In this document: positions 27,863-37,797 of the stretch, piece after piece | How positions within the stretch are numbered: the first letter of the stretch is position 1 | How the letters are laid out: the number at the start of each line of letters is the position of its first letter | Origin: an uncultured virus (IMG/VR IMGVR_UViG_3300047445_000292) | Taxonomy: Duplodnaviria > Heunggongvirae > Uroviricota > Caudoviricetes | Reading direction: 5' to 3' (one strand) | Length of the DNA: 64,000 bases | IMG/VR virus record: IMGVR_UViG_3300047445_000292 | Position numbers and translations under genes: made by a program | Notes under the pieces: generated by a model | Seen by the model: only the letters and a program-made list of their open reading frames with translations | What the model was told of the DNA's origin: nothing | Database searches by the model: none

Positions 27863-28356
27863 AGACACCCCAAGAGAAAGGCAAGGCGTTCGAAGAGGAA
27901 TTCCGTCTGTATCTCAAGGAGGTGATGCAGAAACACCCGATGGCCAGCGCCCGGTTCTATGACACGCACTCGGCCGGCGCCTTCCTGCCGGACCAGCCGG
28001 GCGACACCATCGCGTGCTTTCGCGGGATCTGCCACCTGTTCGAACTCAAGAGCAGCGAGGTGCATGCCAGCCTGAGCGCCGGCCTGTCCAAGCTGCTGGC
28101 CAACCACCAGGCCACCCACCTGAAAATCTGGGCGCGAGCCGGCGCCAGCACCCACGTTCTGTTCTGGCAGCAGAGCACCGGGGTGATCGAGCTGTGGGAT
28201 GGCGAGTGCGTGGCCGTGGTTCGTCACGCCCCACACATGCGCCTCAAGCCAGAGGGCGTGTGCGAAACCTACCCCAACTTCGAGGCCTTCAAGGCCGCCT
28301 TTACTGCCGCCCTATTGCACAACCCGCGGTACACCGCGAAGAAGGTTTTCAGATGA
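27859..28356 (+). CDS. PD-(D/E)xK nuclease, RecU/Holliday junction resolvase-like
   Basis: GKAFEEE...PGD...FELKS...HQ motif. Confidence 0.7.
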   Translation: MKTPQEKGKAFEEEFRLYLKEVMQKHPMASARFYDTHSAGAFLPDQPGDTIACFRGICHLFELKSSEVHASLSAGLSKLLANHQATHLKIWARAGASTHVLFWQQSTGVIELWDGECVAVVRHAPHMRLKPEGVCETYPNFEAFKAAFTAALLHNPRYTAKKVFR

Positions 28357-29444
28357 CCGACATCCTTGTCTTCACCGACCCACACCTCGGCAAGAGCCTG
28401 GTTTCCCACACCACCCTGGACAGCCGACGCCGCCTGCGGGACGGGATCTACTACCACAACAAAGGGCTACTGGAGCGCTTCCCGCACGCGGTCAAGGCCT
28501 GCCTCGGCGATCTGTTCGACCGCTTCACCAACCCGGAAGACGTGATCTGGCAAGGCATGAGCCTGGCCGACATGGTGGATTACATCATGGCCGGCAACCA
28601 TGACCTGGTGAACGATCGGGGCCGCCTCGGCACCCTGCAACTGATGGACAAAGCCCGGCCGGGGGTGATCCAGATCACGCCGTTTGGCGAGGCCCGGGGC
28701 TACCTGCACGACGTGCGCCCCGGGGTGTCCTTCCTGTTCATCCCACACCACAGCACCGACGACCTGTTCCATGAATCGCTGGCCGCCGCCGAGAATTGGG
28801 TGCGCGGCAAGGCGGCCGGGACCAAGGCCTATCTGTGCGTGCACTGCAACTACGACTCCGGCTTTGCCACTGACGACACCGCGCTGTCGCTGACCCGCAA
28901 GCAGGGTAAGCAGCTGCTCGATGCCGGCTTCGATTACATCCTGATCGGCCACGACCACCACCCCCGCGAGGACTTTGACGGCCGCGTGGTGATCTTGGGC
29001 AACACCCACCCCACGGGGTTTGGCGACATCACCGACAAGCGCGTGATGCTGATCCGCCCGGACGGCAAGCACGAATTCCACACCGTGTGGCACCGCAATA
29101 GCGGCTACCTGCACCTGGACGTGAACGACCTGATCGCCCCGGACTTCGACTTTGACGAAGACAGGGGCGTGCAATTCATCGAAATCAGCGGCGCGTTGCA
29201 GGCCAGCCAGGTGATGGATCTGGCCCGTGCGGTGCGCAAGATTTGGCAGAGCTGGGCACCCCTGGCCGTGCGCAACACCGCCGAGGTGATCAAGCCCGGT
29301 ACCGGCGAGACGCTGGCCGACCACGACATCCACCAACTGGACATGCAGATCCGCGCCGAGCTGATCCGGCGCCCGGAGCTGGTCGAACTGTTTGACTCCT
29401 TTTGGGCCGAGACTGCGCCCGCCCTGCAGGAAGAGGAAGCGTGA
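28353..29444 (+). CDS. SbcD/Mre11-like metallophosphoesterase nuclease
   Basis: DPHLG, GDLFD, GNHD, GHDH motifs. Confidence 0.88.
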   Translation: MTDILVFTDPHLGKSLVSHTTLDSRRRLRDGIYYHNKGLLERFPHAVKACLGDLFDRFTNPEDVIWQGMSLADMVDYIMAGNHDLVNDRGRLGTLQLMDKARPGVIQITPFGEARGYLHDVRPGVSFLFIPHHSTDDLFHESLAAAENWVRGKAAGTKAYLCVHCNYDSGFATDDTALSLTRKQGKQLLDAGFDYILIGHDHHPREDFDGRVVILGNTHPTGFGDITDKRVMLIRPDGKHEFHTVWHRNSGYLHLDVNDLIAPDFDFDEDRGVQFIEISGALQASQVMDLARAVRKIWQSWAPLAVRNTAEVIKPGTGETLADHDIHQLDMQIRAELIRRPELVELFDSFWAETAPALQEEEA

Positions 29445-29689
29445 TGAGACTGGAAATCGAGCTGCTCAAGACCGAAGCAGAGCGCGTTGAGGCGCCACCG
29501 GGTCGGATCGTCCTTTTGAACGGCGTGCGATACATGGTCTATGGCGTGGCGCACGGAGCCGGGACAAGTCGCCAAGGCGAGATAGTCGTCTATGCCGATA
29601 TGGACACAGGCCGAATGTTCTACCGGACCCTCGCAAACTTCGCCGACCAGATGGCGTGGAACGTGGTTAAACAAGAAGGGGAAGCGTGA
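29444..29689 (+). CDS. DUF1653-like small protein
   Basis: Y.V..VA......VVY.......YR....F pattern. Confidence 0.6.
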   Translation: MRLEIELLKTEAERVEAPPGRIVLLNGVRYMVYGVAHGAGTSRQGEIVVYADMDTGRMFYRTLANFADQMAWNVVKQEGEA

Positions 29690-29976
29690 TGAAAATCGAC
29701 ATCATCAAAGGCCCAGCGGGCTCCGGCAAATCCACCAAGCTGCGGCAGATCGAGCAGGACTACAAGGACGCCGGCAAGGAAGTGCTCAGCATCCACTCGC
29801 AATTCAGCCTGAGTTACCTGCGCCGGCGGATCATCCTCGCTGCCCTGCAGGGCTACGTGGCGATCGTGCTCGATGACTGTTCCCAGGAGAAGTTGAGAAA
29901 GCTGCTGCGTGCGCAGAAGCAAATCGAGGAACGCATGGATGTCGACATCGTGCTGCACGTTGTGGAGGCTGCGTAA
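29689..29976 (+). CDS. Small P-loop protein
   Basis: GPAGSGKST and IVLDD in only 95 aa. Confidence 0.7.
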   Translation: MKIDIIKGPAGSGKSTKLRQIEQDYKDAGKEVLSIHSQFSLSYLRRRIILAALQGYVAIVLDDCSQEKLRKLLRAQKQIEERMDVDIVLHVVEAA

Positions 29977-32183
29977 TGTTAGAGCGCCTGGAACTCAACA
30001 ACTTCAAGAAGCATGAGCACCTGGTGCTGGACTTCACCGCTGGGTTGAATGGGGTGACAGGCCCGAACTACCGGGGCAAAACCACCGTGCTCTACGGGAT
30101 TCTCTACTGCCTGGGCGGCGCCCGGCTGGTGCCAGGCTCGCGCCTGCAAACCCGGGGCACCAACGCCGGGTTCAAACAATCGCTGTGGCTGAGCTTCGGC
30201 AACATCGGCCGGTACCGGATCGAGCGCACCAAGACCGGTGCCACCCTGACCGAACTGTGTACAGACGGCACCGAGCAACCGGTGGCCACCGGCACCACGC
30301 CCGTGAATCAGGCGATCGCCCGTCTGCTGGGCATGCCGCTCAAGCGCTTCGCGCAGATCAAGTACGCCAAACAGCGCAAGGCCAGCGCCCTGTTGGAAGT
30401 GGGCAGCACCGAGTTGTTCAAGATCATCACCGAGCTGACCGGACTGGAGCGGGTCACCTTGGTGCTGGAGAAGGTCAGCGGCCAGCTCAAGGCGTGGAAG
30501 CTGCTGCAGGATGAATCACCCCTGACCGACATTGATGCGCAACAGGTGCAGGTGATGAACTGGCTGGGTGAAGAAATCCAGTTGAGCGGCGACCTGTTGC
30601 AGCTGAACAACGAGCTGACCGAGGCCACCCATCAGCGGGGCATCAGCGAAGACCACGAACGCCGGCTGTCACAGGCGCAGACCGCCGTGTTTGGCGCAGT
30701 CACCACGTTGCGCCAGGCCGAACGCGAGGCCACGGCCAGCACGGCGGCACTGGAGGAAGCGCAGCAGCAGCTCGCCCAGTTCCGAGGGCACCCCCTGACC
30801 ACCGAAGGCCTGTTCGATCTGGAACTACAGCTCAAGGATCTGCGCGAGCTGGCGATGTCCACCAAGCAGGCGCGCAACCAGGTCAAGCAGGTGCAGCTGG
30901 ATCTGGAATCCGCCCAGCAGGAGTTGCAGGCGGCGGTCAGGAAGGCCGCGCCGCTGCGTGACGACCTCAAGGCCCTGCGCCGCGAGGGGGGTGTGGATCT
31001 GGAAGCCCTGCGCGAAGCCGCCGCACAGGCCGAGGCCAACAAACAAGCCGCCGGGGACCGGCTGGAAGCGCTGATCGAGGCCGGCAAGAACGGGGTGTGC
31101 GTGGGGTGCAAACGGCCGTTTGACGCCTTCAACCCCCACGACCACGCCGAGCAGGTGCGCGAGCACCAAGAGACATGGCGCCAGAAACTGGGGGCGGCCC
31201 AGCTGGTCAGAGACGCCTTGCAGGCCGAGACCAACTACCGCCAGAACTTGGCCCAGGCCGAGGACGCTTTGCGCCAGGCCGAGAACGCGGTGCACCTGCA
31301 CCAGGTGACGTGCAACCGGCTGAGCGACCAGCTCGATCAGGCCACTCGCGACTCCCTGACCCTGCCGCCGACTGAATCCCTGGCCCCGCAGATCGAGGCG
31401 CTGGAAGCGCAGATCAGCACCGGTCGGCAGGATGCGCACCGCCAAGCCAACTTGCGTCAGGCGCTGGCCGTGGCCGAGGGCAACGCCACGCAGCGCAACC
31501 AGTGGCTAACCAACGCCAAGAACGATTTGCACCAGACCGAAATCCAGCACCAGGTGGTCGGGGTCGACCTGCCTACAGCGCTGCGCACGCACCGCGAGAA
31601 GGTCGAGCAGTTCGACAGCCAGATCCGCCGCCTGCAGGAGCAGATCGGCGTGCTCTCCAACCTCCGGCACGGCCTGCACGAACAACGGATCGCGCTGGAA
31701 CGCACGCTGGCCACCGTGGTCGAGCGCAACCGCCAGCACGAACAGGCGGCACAGAAGGTCGGCCTGCTCACCGAACTGCTGGGGCACATCCGCAGCAACC
31801 GCGATCGCTACAGCAAGCAGGTGTGGGACGTGTTCATGGCGTCGGCCTCGATGTTCGCCAGCAACGCCACCGGCGGGGTGATCGAGTCGATCAGCCGAGG
31901 CGAAGACGGTGCCTTCACCTTCGTCGAGGACGGTTTTGAAATGGAGCAGGCCGAAGCCTCGGGCGCCCAGCTGGCGATCATCGGTACCGCCGTGCAACTG
32001 GCGCTCGATGCCGCCGCGCTGTCGCCACTGAACCTGGTGCTGATGGACGAACCCACCGCCGACATGGACCCGGAACGCGCTCTGGCGTTCAGCACCTTGC
32101 TCGCCGGCAGCGGCAAACAGGTGGTGATGGTGACGCACCGCGAAATGGACGGGGCTGTATTCGACAACACGCTGGAGATTTGA
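29976..32183 (+). CDS. SbcC/Rad50-like SMC ATPase
   Basis: GPNYRGKTT, coiled coils, CVGC zinc hook, ASGAQ signature, LMDEPT. Confidence 0.9.
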   Translation: MLERLELNNFKKHEHLVLDFTAGLNGVTGPNYRGKTTVLYGILYCLGGARLVPGSRLQTRGTNAGFKQSLWLSFGNIGRYRIERTKTGATLTELCTDGTEQPVATGTTPVNQAIARLLGMPLKRFAQIKYAKQRKASALLEVGSTELFKIITELTGLERVTLVLEKVSGQLKAWKLLQDESPLTDIDAQQVQVMNWLGEEIQLSGDLLQLNNELTEATHQRGISEDHERRLSQAQTAVFGAVTTLRQAEREATASTAALEEAQQQLAQFRGHPLTTEGLFDLELQLKDLRELAMSTKQARNQVKQVQLDLESAQQELQAAVRKAAPLRDDLKALRREGGVDLEALREAAAQAEANKQAAGDRLEALIEAGKNGVCVGCKRPFDAFNPHDHAEQVREHQETWRQKLGAAQLVRDALQAETNYRQNLAQAEDALRQAENAVHLHQVTCNRLSDQLDQATRDSLTLPPTESLAPQIEALEAQISTGRQDAHRQANLRQALAVAEGNATQRNQWLTNAKNDLHQTEIQHQVVGVDLPTALRTHREKVEQFDSQIRRLQEQIGVLSNLRHGLHEQRIALERTLATVVERNRQHEQAAQKVGLLTELLGHIRSNRDRYSKQVWDVFMASASMFASNATGGVIESISRGEDGAFTFVEDGFEMEQAEASGAQLAIIGTAVQLALDAAALSPLNLVLMDEPTADMDPERALAFSTLLAGSGKQVVMVTHREMDGAVFDNTLEI

Positions 32184-32185
32184 CC

Positions 32186-32404
32186 ATGGCCGATGCCGCT
32201 GATTCTGCTGGGGACGAACAGGAATTGATCGAGGACCTGCTGCTGCGCCAGCACCGGGCAGCCGCCGCCCAGCACCAGAAGGTGATGGCGACGTGTACCG
32301 GGGAGTGCCTGAACTGTGAGGCGCCCCTTGAACAGGGGCGGTATTGCGATGAAGACTGCCGCGTGGACCACGAACGCCGCGTTACGTCGCACCTACGGCG
32401 GTGA
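32186..32404 (+). CDS. TraR/DksA-like C4 zinc-finger protein
   Basis: MADAADSA N-terminal DxxDxA motif, CLNC...CDEDC. Confidence 0.7.
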   Translation: MADAADSAGDEQELIEDLLLRQHRAAAAQHQKVMATCTGECLNCEAPLEQGRYCDEDCRVDHERRVTSHLRR

Positions 32405-32831
32405 AGTAGCCTGGCTGCACAAAGTCCTCGGCGGTCAGGCCGAGGGTTTTCTTGCGCTTGTTCCAGTAGGCCCAGCCGAAGGTGCGCACCGCCGCGTACA
32501 CCGCGTAGCGGGTGGCTCGATCAATCCCCCGGGCCTCCATGGCCTCCAGAAAGATCAGGTCAGACTCGGCCCGGCTGTAGCGCTGCGAGCAGTACAGCCA
32601 GTCATGAAACACCGTTGGCGTGCGCAACAACCCATTGACGTTGATCGCCCCCCGCAACAGGCGCGGGATCGACCCCATGTCGGTGATAAAGCCCCTGGGC
32701 GCAATGATCTTGTCGCCGTTGCTCCGCAGACCAATCAACGGGTCGATGACCGCCCATTCATCCGGCACGGGGATGCCCCCCGGGCTGTATTCCTGCAGGT
32801 TCAGCAGGCTGATGAACTGAAAGGCGCTCAT
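32382..32831 (-). CDS. DUF1353 domain protein
   Basis: P.GFITD.GSIPR...HDWLY...R.ESD.IF.EAM motif. Confidence 0.85.
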   Translation of the reverse strand: MSAFQFISLLNLQEYSPGGIPVPDEWAVIDPLIGLRSNGDKIIAPRGFITDMGSIPRLLRGAINVNGLLRTPTVFHDWLYCSQRYSRAESDLIFLEAMEARGIDRATRYAVYAAVRTFGWAYWNKRKKTLGLTAEDFVQPGYFTAVGAT

Positions 32832-33082
32832 GATTTGTCGACCTTGTCGTCCAGCGCCTTGGCGATCGCGTCCTCGATCACGTCGGTCGGCTTGCGCTCA
32901 TCGCGAAAGATCAGGATCAGCGCGATGACCAGCGCGGCCCCCGCCGCCGCCTGTTCCACCGGCACCCCGAGGTAGGCCGACAGCGAGCCCAGGCCCAAGG
33001 CCAGCCCCTGCCAGGTCGACGGCTGCTGCAAGTAGCGCAGCAACAGGTTCAGCAAAGCTTGTCGTGTTTCAGGACTGCCCAT
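32828..33082 (-). CDS. Putative holin
   Basis: About 84 aa, QPSTWQGL, two hydrophobic segments, charged C-terminus. Confidence 0.65.
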   Translation of the reverse strand: MGSPETRQALLNLLLRYLQQPSTWQGLALGLGSLSAYLGVPVEQAAAGAALVIALILIFRDERKPTDVIEDAIAKALDDKVDKS

Positions 33083-33449
33083 ACCCACCCCCCGGCCGGG
33101 AAGTCCCGGCCTTTCCCGACTTTAGGATCATTTCGATCACCGCCTGCTGCACCTGCAAGGCGCGGATCTTGTCGTTGAGCTTTTCCAGCTCACTCTGCAG
33201 CTGCTCCCGCGACGTGTAGTCCTTGGTCAGGGAGGCGATCGCCAGCTTGGCTTGCGCCTGTTCGTTCTCGATCGCTTCCAGCTTCTGGTTGGTGGTCGCC
33301 ATGTGTAGTGCGAGCGTGGGCGCCTGCTTGACCAGGTCCTGAATGCTGCTCAGGAACCCGACCAAAATGGCGACACACAGAGCACTGCACACGGCCGTGA
33401 CAACCCGGGCCAGTCGCGAATACCCAGCCCGACGTTCTTCGATTGTCAT
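33069..33449 (-). CDS. Membrane-anchored coiled-coil protein (lysis-associated?)
   Basis: One N-terminal transmembrane segment followed by a coiled coil; adjacent to the holin. Confidence 0.55.
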   Translation of the reverse strand: MTIEERRAGYSRLARVVTAVCSALCVAILVGFLSSIQDLVKQAPTLALHMATTNQKLEAIENEQAQAKLAIASLTKDYTSREQLQSELEKLNDKIRALQVQQAVIEMILKSGKAGTSRPGGGYGQS

Positions 33450-33464
33450 AGGCACTCCCCTTGG

Positions 33465-34355
33465 TCACATCAGTACAATCATTCGTGGTTGTTGAGTCAC
33501 GGCCACGGCGTTACTGAACGCCACTTCGACCACCATCTGGCTGATCTGGCCGGCGATCGGGGCGCTGATCGCCACTTCGGTGACCAGTTGCGATACGGCG
33601 CCTGCCGCGAGTGTGGCGTGTACTACTTCAACCACTGCTTGCGACACGGTGGCTTGCGCTACGGTGGCGTGTGCCGCCTCCACCGCGGCTTGCGATGTTT
33701 GGATCACGGTCGTGGTGCTGACACTTGGGAGCGGCGCCGTATCGCCGTTGGTGGCAACGCTGAACAGGTCGAGATCTCGGGTGCCGGTAGAGTCCTGGTT
33801 ATGTACTCCGACCCAACCAGCCGCTGAGATGGAGGACTCGGTGAGCGTCACCGTCCAAGCGCTCGGCTCACTATCACCGTCGACCCACAGCTTGGCCGAC
33901 AGAGTGGTGCCGTTGACCCGGAAGCGCACGTAATACCAAGCGTTGGCAGTCGGGGCAAAGCTGACCGTCGAGGTCAGATTGGTTAGGGCTCCGGCTACAT
34001 ACTTCTGAAACTGATAAGTTTGAGAGGGGCCATTGAAGGCGAAGTAGTACCCGGTCTCTGCACCAGCCGCGCCCGAACCCCTGACGAGTAAGCGCAGAAT
34101 TTCAGACGAGGAACTGCTGACCCTGACCCGCGCCAGAATCTCGGTGTTAGCGCGGTTGGCGTCCGCGTCGATGGCGTCCCAAGTGAGCAGGTGGTGGGCA
34201 CTGGCAGTGCCGGTGTATTCCAGGCACTGGCCACCTTGCGCACTGGCCTTGCTGCGCACCGCCCAGGTGGTGTTGGCAGTGACCCAGCGCGCTGTCCAGT
34301 CGGACGGTTGCGCGCCGACCGTGTAGCTGTCAAAGCCGGTCGAGTATTGGGTCAT
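33465..34355 (-). CDS. Tail/receptor-binding protein with lectin-like beta-sandwich and C-terminal 17-aa repeats
   Basis: WYYVRFRVNGTTLSAKLW...GWVG pattern; four SQxxxE repeats. Confidence 0.6.
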   Translation of the reverse strand: MTQYSTGFDSYTVGAQPSDWTARWVTANTTWAVRSKASAQGGQCLEYTGTASAHHLLTWDAIDADANRANTEILARVRVSSSSSEILRLLVRGSGAAGAETGYYFAFNGPSQTYQFQKYVAGALTNLTSTVSFAPTANAWYYVRFRVNGTTLSAKLWVDGDSEPSAWTVTLTESSISAAGWVGVHNQDSTGTRDLDLFSVATNGDTAPLPSVSTTTVIQTSQAAVEAAHATVAQATVSQAVVEVVHATLAAGAVSQLVTEVAISAPIAGQISQMVVEVAFSNAVAVTQQPRMIVLM

Positions 34356-34356
34356 G

Positions 34357-35451
34357 TCAGAGGTCTGCCGAGATTCTTACGCCAAACTCGGCGGCGTTGA
34401 AGTTTGTTTGCGACCAGTCTGCTGAGGTGTTGGGGTCCTGTTCATACATTTTTGTCACGTACTTCGGCGTGGTCGACAGGGGTTGTGAGGCGGCGAAGAC
34501 CTCCGTTGCCCCGGATTTGATGAACACGTCGACCCCGCGGAAGCCCGCGTCCACTTTGTAGCAGTAGGCGCTGAGTTGAACGGCCTTAATCGAGCCGGTT
34601 TCCGAGGCGTCCTGAAACCCATAGGAGTCCTTCGTCAGGGCGGTGCTGGAACTGACGTAGTCCGTGATGTTCGGCGCGGTCTCATCCACCAAGGTGTAGT
34701 GGGTGCTGCCCGTGCTACAGGTCATCGCGGTGTAGGTACCGTCCGCGTTGGGGTAGTAAGGTTTGACTTTGATGTCGCCGAGGAACCCCCCCGTCTCGGC
34801 GCTGCCCGAACTGCTCGTGCGGACATACAGGTCGTCGTAATATTTAGCCGTTGTTTGGGAGGAACTGCCCCCCGCAAACGCGATAACGGTGGCGTAGTTC
34901 CATGTCTGGGCCTTGGTGTTGATCCCCGTGAGGTTGATTTCAACTACGCCATTAATCCGAACTTCAAGTTGCCCGACAGTGCCGTCAATAAACACCCGCA
35001 TTTCCACGTAGTACCAAGTGGTAGGGGACAGCGTGGTAGTGCTGGCGCCCAGGTCAGTGGCACTGCTAAAGCCTGCACCGTTGATGCTGCCTCGGACAGC
35101 GTGCAGTTTCCCGTCAGAGAGGACCGCCAGCCCAACTTGCCCGGCTAAGGCAAAGTTAAGCCCTTCGCCAAGCCCCATAACAGCCTCCCCGGTGCTTGTA
35201 CTTACCGTGCTCCCCGGGGGGATGATATTCAGGTACAGCCCGAAACCGATGCAGTAGTTACTGGCCTGGCCGATGCTTTTAAACACACCCGACTGAGCGA
35301 TGCTTGTGATTTTTAAGGCCTTCCCCGAGTTCCTGAAAACGGTCGAATCAATGGTTTGGCCACCGCTCGCAGTGGAGGATGACCACTTGGCCCCAATGTC
35401 CGCCGTCGCGTAATGGTCAAAGCCATCCAAAAATTGCGTTACCCAGGCCAT
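34357..35451 (-). CDS. Tail/receptor-binding protein with ConA/LamG-like domain
   Basis: DGFDHY N-terminus, TWYYVE...EVRING...YYDDLYV; Ser/Thr/Gly-rich. Confidence 0.6.
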   Translation of the reverse strand: MAWVTQFLDGFDHYATADIGAKWSSSTASGGQTIDSTVFRNSGKALKITSIAQSGVFKSIGQASNYCIGFGLYLNIIPPGSTVSTSTGEAVMGLGEGLNFALAGQVGLAVLSDGKLHAVRGSINGAGFSSATDLGASTTTLSPTTWYYVEMRVFIDGTVGQLEVRINGVVEINLTGINTKAQTWNYATVIAFAGGSSSQTTAKYYDDLYVRTSSSGSAETGGFLGDIKVKPYYPNADGTYTAMTCSTGSTHYTLVDETAPNITDYVSSSTALTKDSYGFQDASETGSIKAVQLSAYCYKVDAGFRGVDVFIKSGATEVFAASQPLSTTPKYVTKMYEQDPNTSADWSQTNFNAAEFGVRISADL

Positions 35452-35452
35452 A

Positions 35453-37795
35453 TCAGCGCACCCCTGCAATGGAAAATGAAAAGTCCGCGAGCGTGGCGTC
35501 TGCCGTGCCCGGTGCCTTGAATTGCAACGCATCGCCTACGGCCAGGCTAAACGCCGAGGCGGCAATAAAGGACGGCGCCGCACCGGCTGCGGCAAAGCGC
35601 ACGGTACCCACGGCCGTGACGGCGTGGCCGCTGGCGGCGATCTTGTTGACGGTGATGTCGGTCTGCGCGGTGGCCGCGATCAGGGCGATACCGCTGGAGC
35701 CGGCCATGGCGGCGGCGAAGCTGATGGCGAACGGGGCGACGAACATACCCAGCACCTGGTTGGCTGCCGGCACGCCGTTCCAGGCCACGCCGATCACCGC
35801 CGGTTCGTCATAAAACTCCAGGGCGTTGGCCGCAGCGTTGACCCGCAGCTTCTTGAGCGCCTGCCCGGAGAAGCTGGCCGGCGCGTCTGACAGTCCGACA
35901 AACGCCGTGGCGCCCGTCGTGTCGGTGACGAACTCCAGCGCGGTCCCTGCCGAGTTGACCCGAACTTTCTTGAGCGCGGCGCCGGTGTAGTTGGCAGGGG
36001 CGTCGGACAGGCCAGTGAAAGCCGTGGCGCCGGCGGTGTCAGTGACAAACTCTAAGCCAGTACCGGCCGAGTTGACCTTGACCTTCTTGTTCGCCGCGCC
36101 GGTGTAGTTGGCAGGCGCATCAGACAGGCCAGTGAAGGCGGTGATGCCCGCCGGCACGGTGACGAACTCCAGCCCCGAAGCGTCCGACTTGACCTTGACC
36201 GTCTTGCTGCCTTGCCCGGTGTAACTGGTGGGCGCGTCCGTGAGCCCGATGAAACTGGTAGGGGTGGCGCCTGCCGAGAACTCGATGCCGCTCTCATCAC
36301 CCTTGACGGTCACCACCTTGAAGGCGGAACCGGCGTAGGAGTCAGGAGTATCAGTCAGGCCGAGCAGGGTGGTGGTGTCCAGCGAAGCGAATTCCAGCGC
36401 GGTCATCGCGGCGTTGACCCGAACGAATTTCAGCGCGCTGGCGGTGTAGTTTACCGGGGTGTCGGGCAGCTCCAGGAAGTTCGCCGGGCCGGTGCCGGCC
36501 GCGAATTCGACCCCTGTGCCGGCAGCGTTGACCCGCACGACCTTGAGTGCCTGACCGGAGTAGCTGTCAGGGGTGTCGGTCAGGCCGAGCAGTGTCGACG
36601 GCGAGGCGGCAGCGCTGAACTCCAACCCGGTTTCATCCGCTTTGACCGACACCAGGCGGAAGGCCTGGCCCGCGAAAGTGTCCGGGGTGTCGGTCAGTGC
36701 GAGGTAGTTGGCCACCGGGCTGCCGAACTCCAGCCCGGTCTCTGCCAAGTTGACCACCGGCACCTTGCCCGCCTGCCCGGTGTAGCTCGCCGGGGCGTCG
36801 GTAAGCCCCGTAAACACTGTGGGAGCGGCAGCGGCGCTGAACTCCAGCCCGGTTTCCCCGGCATTGACCTTGACCACCTTGTTGGCCTGCCCGGCGTAGC
36901 TCGCCGGCACATCGCTCAAACCGGTGAAGGCCGAGGCACCCCCACCCCCGCCAGTGCCCGAGGCGATCGACACCACGTTGACGCCATCACAAAACAGCGC
37001 ACCGTTGGTGCCGGCAGTCAACGCCACGCCGGTACCGGATGGGGTCTTGACCGTCACCGAGAAGGCACCGGCTGTGTCGTTGTCGATGAAATAGACCTTG
37101 GCCTTCGCCGGCACGATCAGATTGCGTGCGGCGGTCGGCGTGCCGGTCAGGCGGATCACCCCCTGTTCCATGGCTTCCGCTGCGGTCAAGGTCACGTCGG
37201 CGGTGGTGATGGCCTTGCTCAACAGGGCGCTAAATGCCTTTTCCGTGGCCTCAATGCGCTTGTCCGGGCTAGCGTAGGTCAGGCCTGAGTAGCTGCTGCT
37301 CAGCAGATCGAGCAGATCCTGGTAGCCCGGGGCGTAGGTGGCCAGCTTGGTGATGGTGCCGAACGCGGTACCAGACCACACCACCGAGTACAACGCGGCG
37401 GCGCTGGAGCTGTCGCGGTACGGGATGCCGTCGATGCCCATGCGGATGTAGTAGGTGCCGGCCGCCGCGCCGCTGAACGGAATCACCGTGGTGGTCGGCT
37501 TGTAGGCCATTTGCGCAGCGCTCGCGCTCCAAAAGAACCCCGGTTGCAAGGTCAGGTTGGTGCCGGAAGTGCTACTGGCGAACGAAGTCTCGCCGACCAG
37601 CGCCACCGCGATCGGGCCGAACATGGCCTTGCCGATGTTGAACAGGTTGGTCGGACTGGCCGCTGCGCTCTGCAGGGTGTCGACCGTGCCCGACATCGTG
37701 TTGATCGTGTTTTCCAACGTGTCATAGTTGGCGTTGTGCTTGGCGATGTAGGCCGTTTCACCCGTGGTCGCAAGGCGCTGCAATGTAATAGTCAT
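35453..37795 (-). CDS. Tail fibre protein with ten ~38-aa repeats
   Basis: 780 aa; repeats of F.GL.D.P..Y.G...K.V.V.....GLEF. Confidence 0.75.
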   Translation of the reverse strand: MTITLQRLATTGETAYIAKHNANYDTLENTINTMSGTVDTLQSAAASPTNLFNIGKAMFGPIAVALVGETSFASSTSGTNLTLQPGFFWSASAAQMAYKPTTTVIPFSGAAAGTYYIRMGIDGIPYRDSSSAAALYSVVWSGTAFGTITKLATYAPGYQDLLDLLSSSYSGLTYASPDKRIEATEKAFSALLSKAITTADVTLTAAEAMEQGVIRLTGTPTAARNLIVPAKAKVYFIDNDTAGAFSVTVKTPSGTGVALTAGTNGALFCDGVNVVSIASGTGGGGGASAFTGLSDVPASYAGQANKVVKVNAGETGLEFSAAAAPTVFTGLTDAPASYTGQAGKVPVVNLAETGLEFGSPVANYLALTDTPDTFAGQAFRLVSVKADETGLEFSAAASPSTLLGLTDTPDSYSGQALKVVRVNAAGTGVEFAAGTGPANFLELPDTPVNYTASALKFVRVNAAMTALEFASLDTTTLLGLTDTPDSYAGSAFKVVTVKGDESGIEFSAGATPTSFIGLTDAPTSYTGQGSKTVKVKSDASGLEFVTVPAGITAFTGLSDAPANYTGAANKKVKVNSAGTGLEFVTDTAGATAFTGLSDAPANYTGAALKKVRVNSAGTALEFVTDTTGATAFVGLSDAPASFSGQALKKLRVNAAANALEFYDEPAVIGVAWNGVPAANQVLGMFVAPFAISFAAAMAGSSGIALIAATAQTDITVNKIAASGHAVTAVGTVRFAAAGAAPSFIAASAFSLAVGDALQFKAPGTADATLADFSFSIAGVR
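35812..36931 (-). repeat. Ten tandem coding repeats of 108-117 bp
   Basis: Counted in the translation; units 8 and 9 are nearly identical. Confidence 0.85.
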
Positions 37796-37797
37796 GC

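Noticed and set aside
33465..37795. Diversity-generating retroelement or invertible tail-fibre switch
   Set aside because: No reverse transcriptase or invertase in the window and no template/variable repeat pair differing only at adenines was seen
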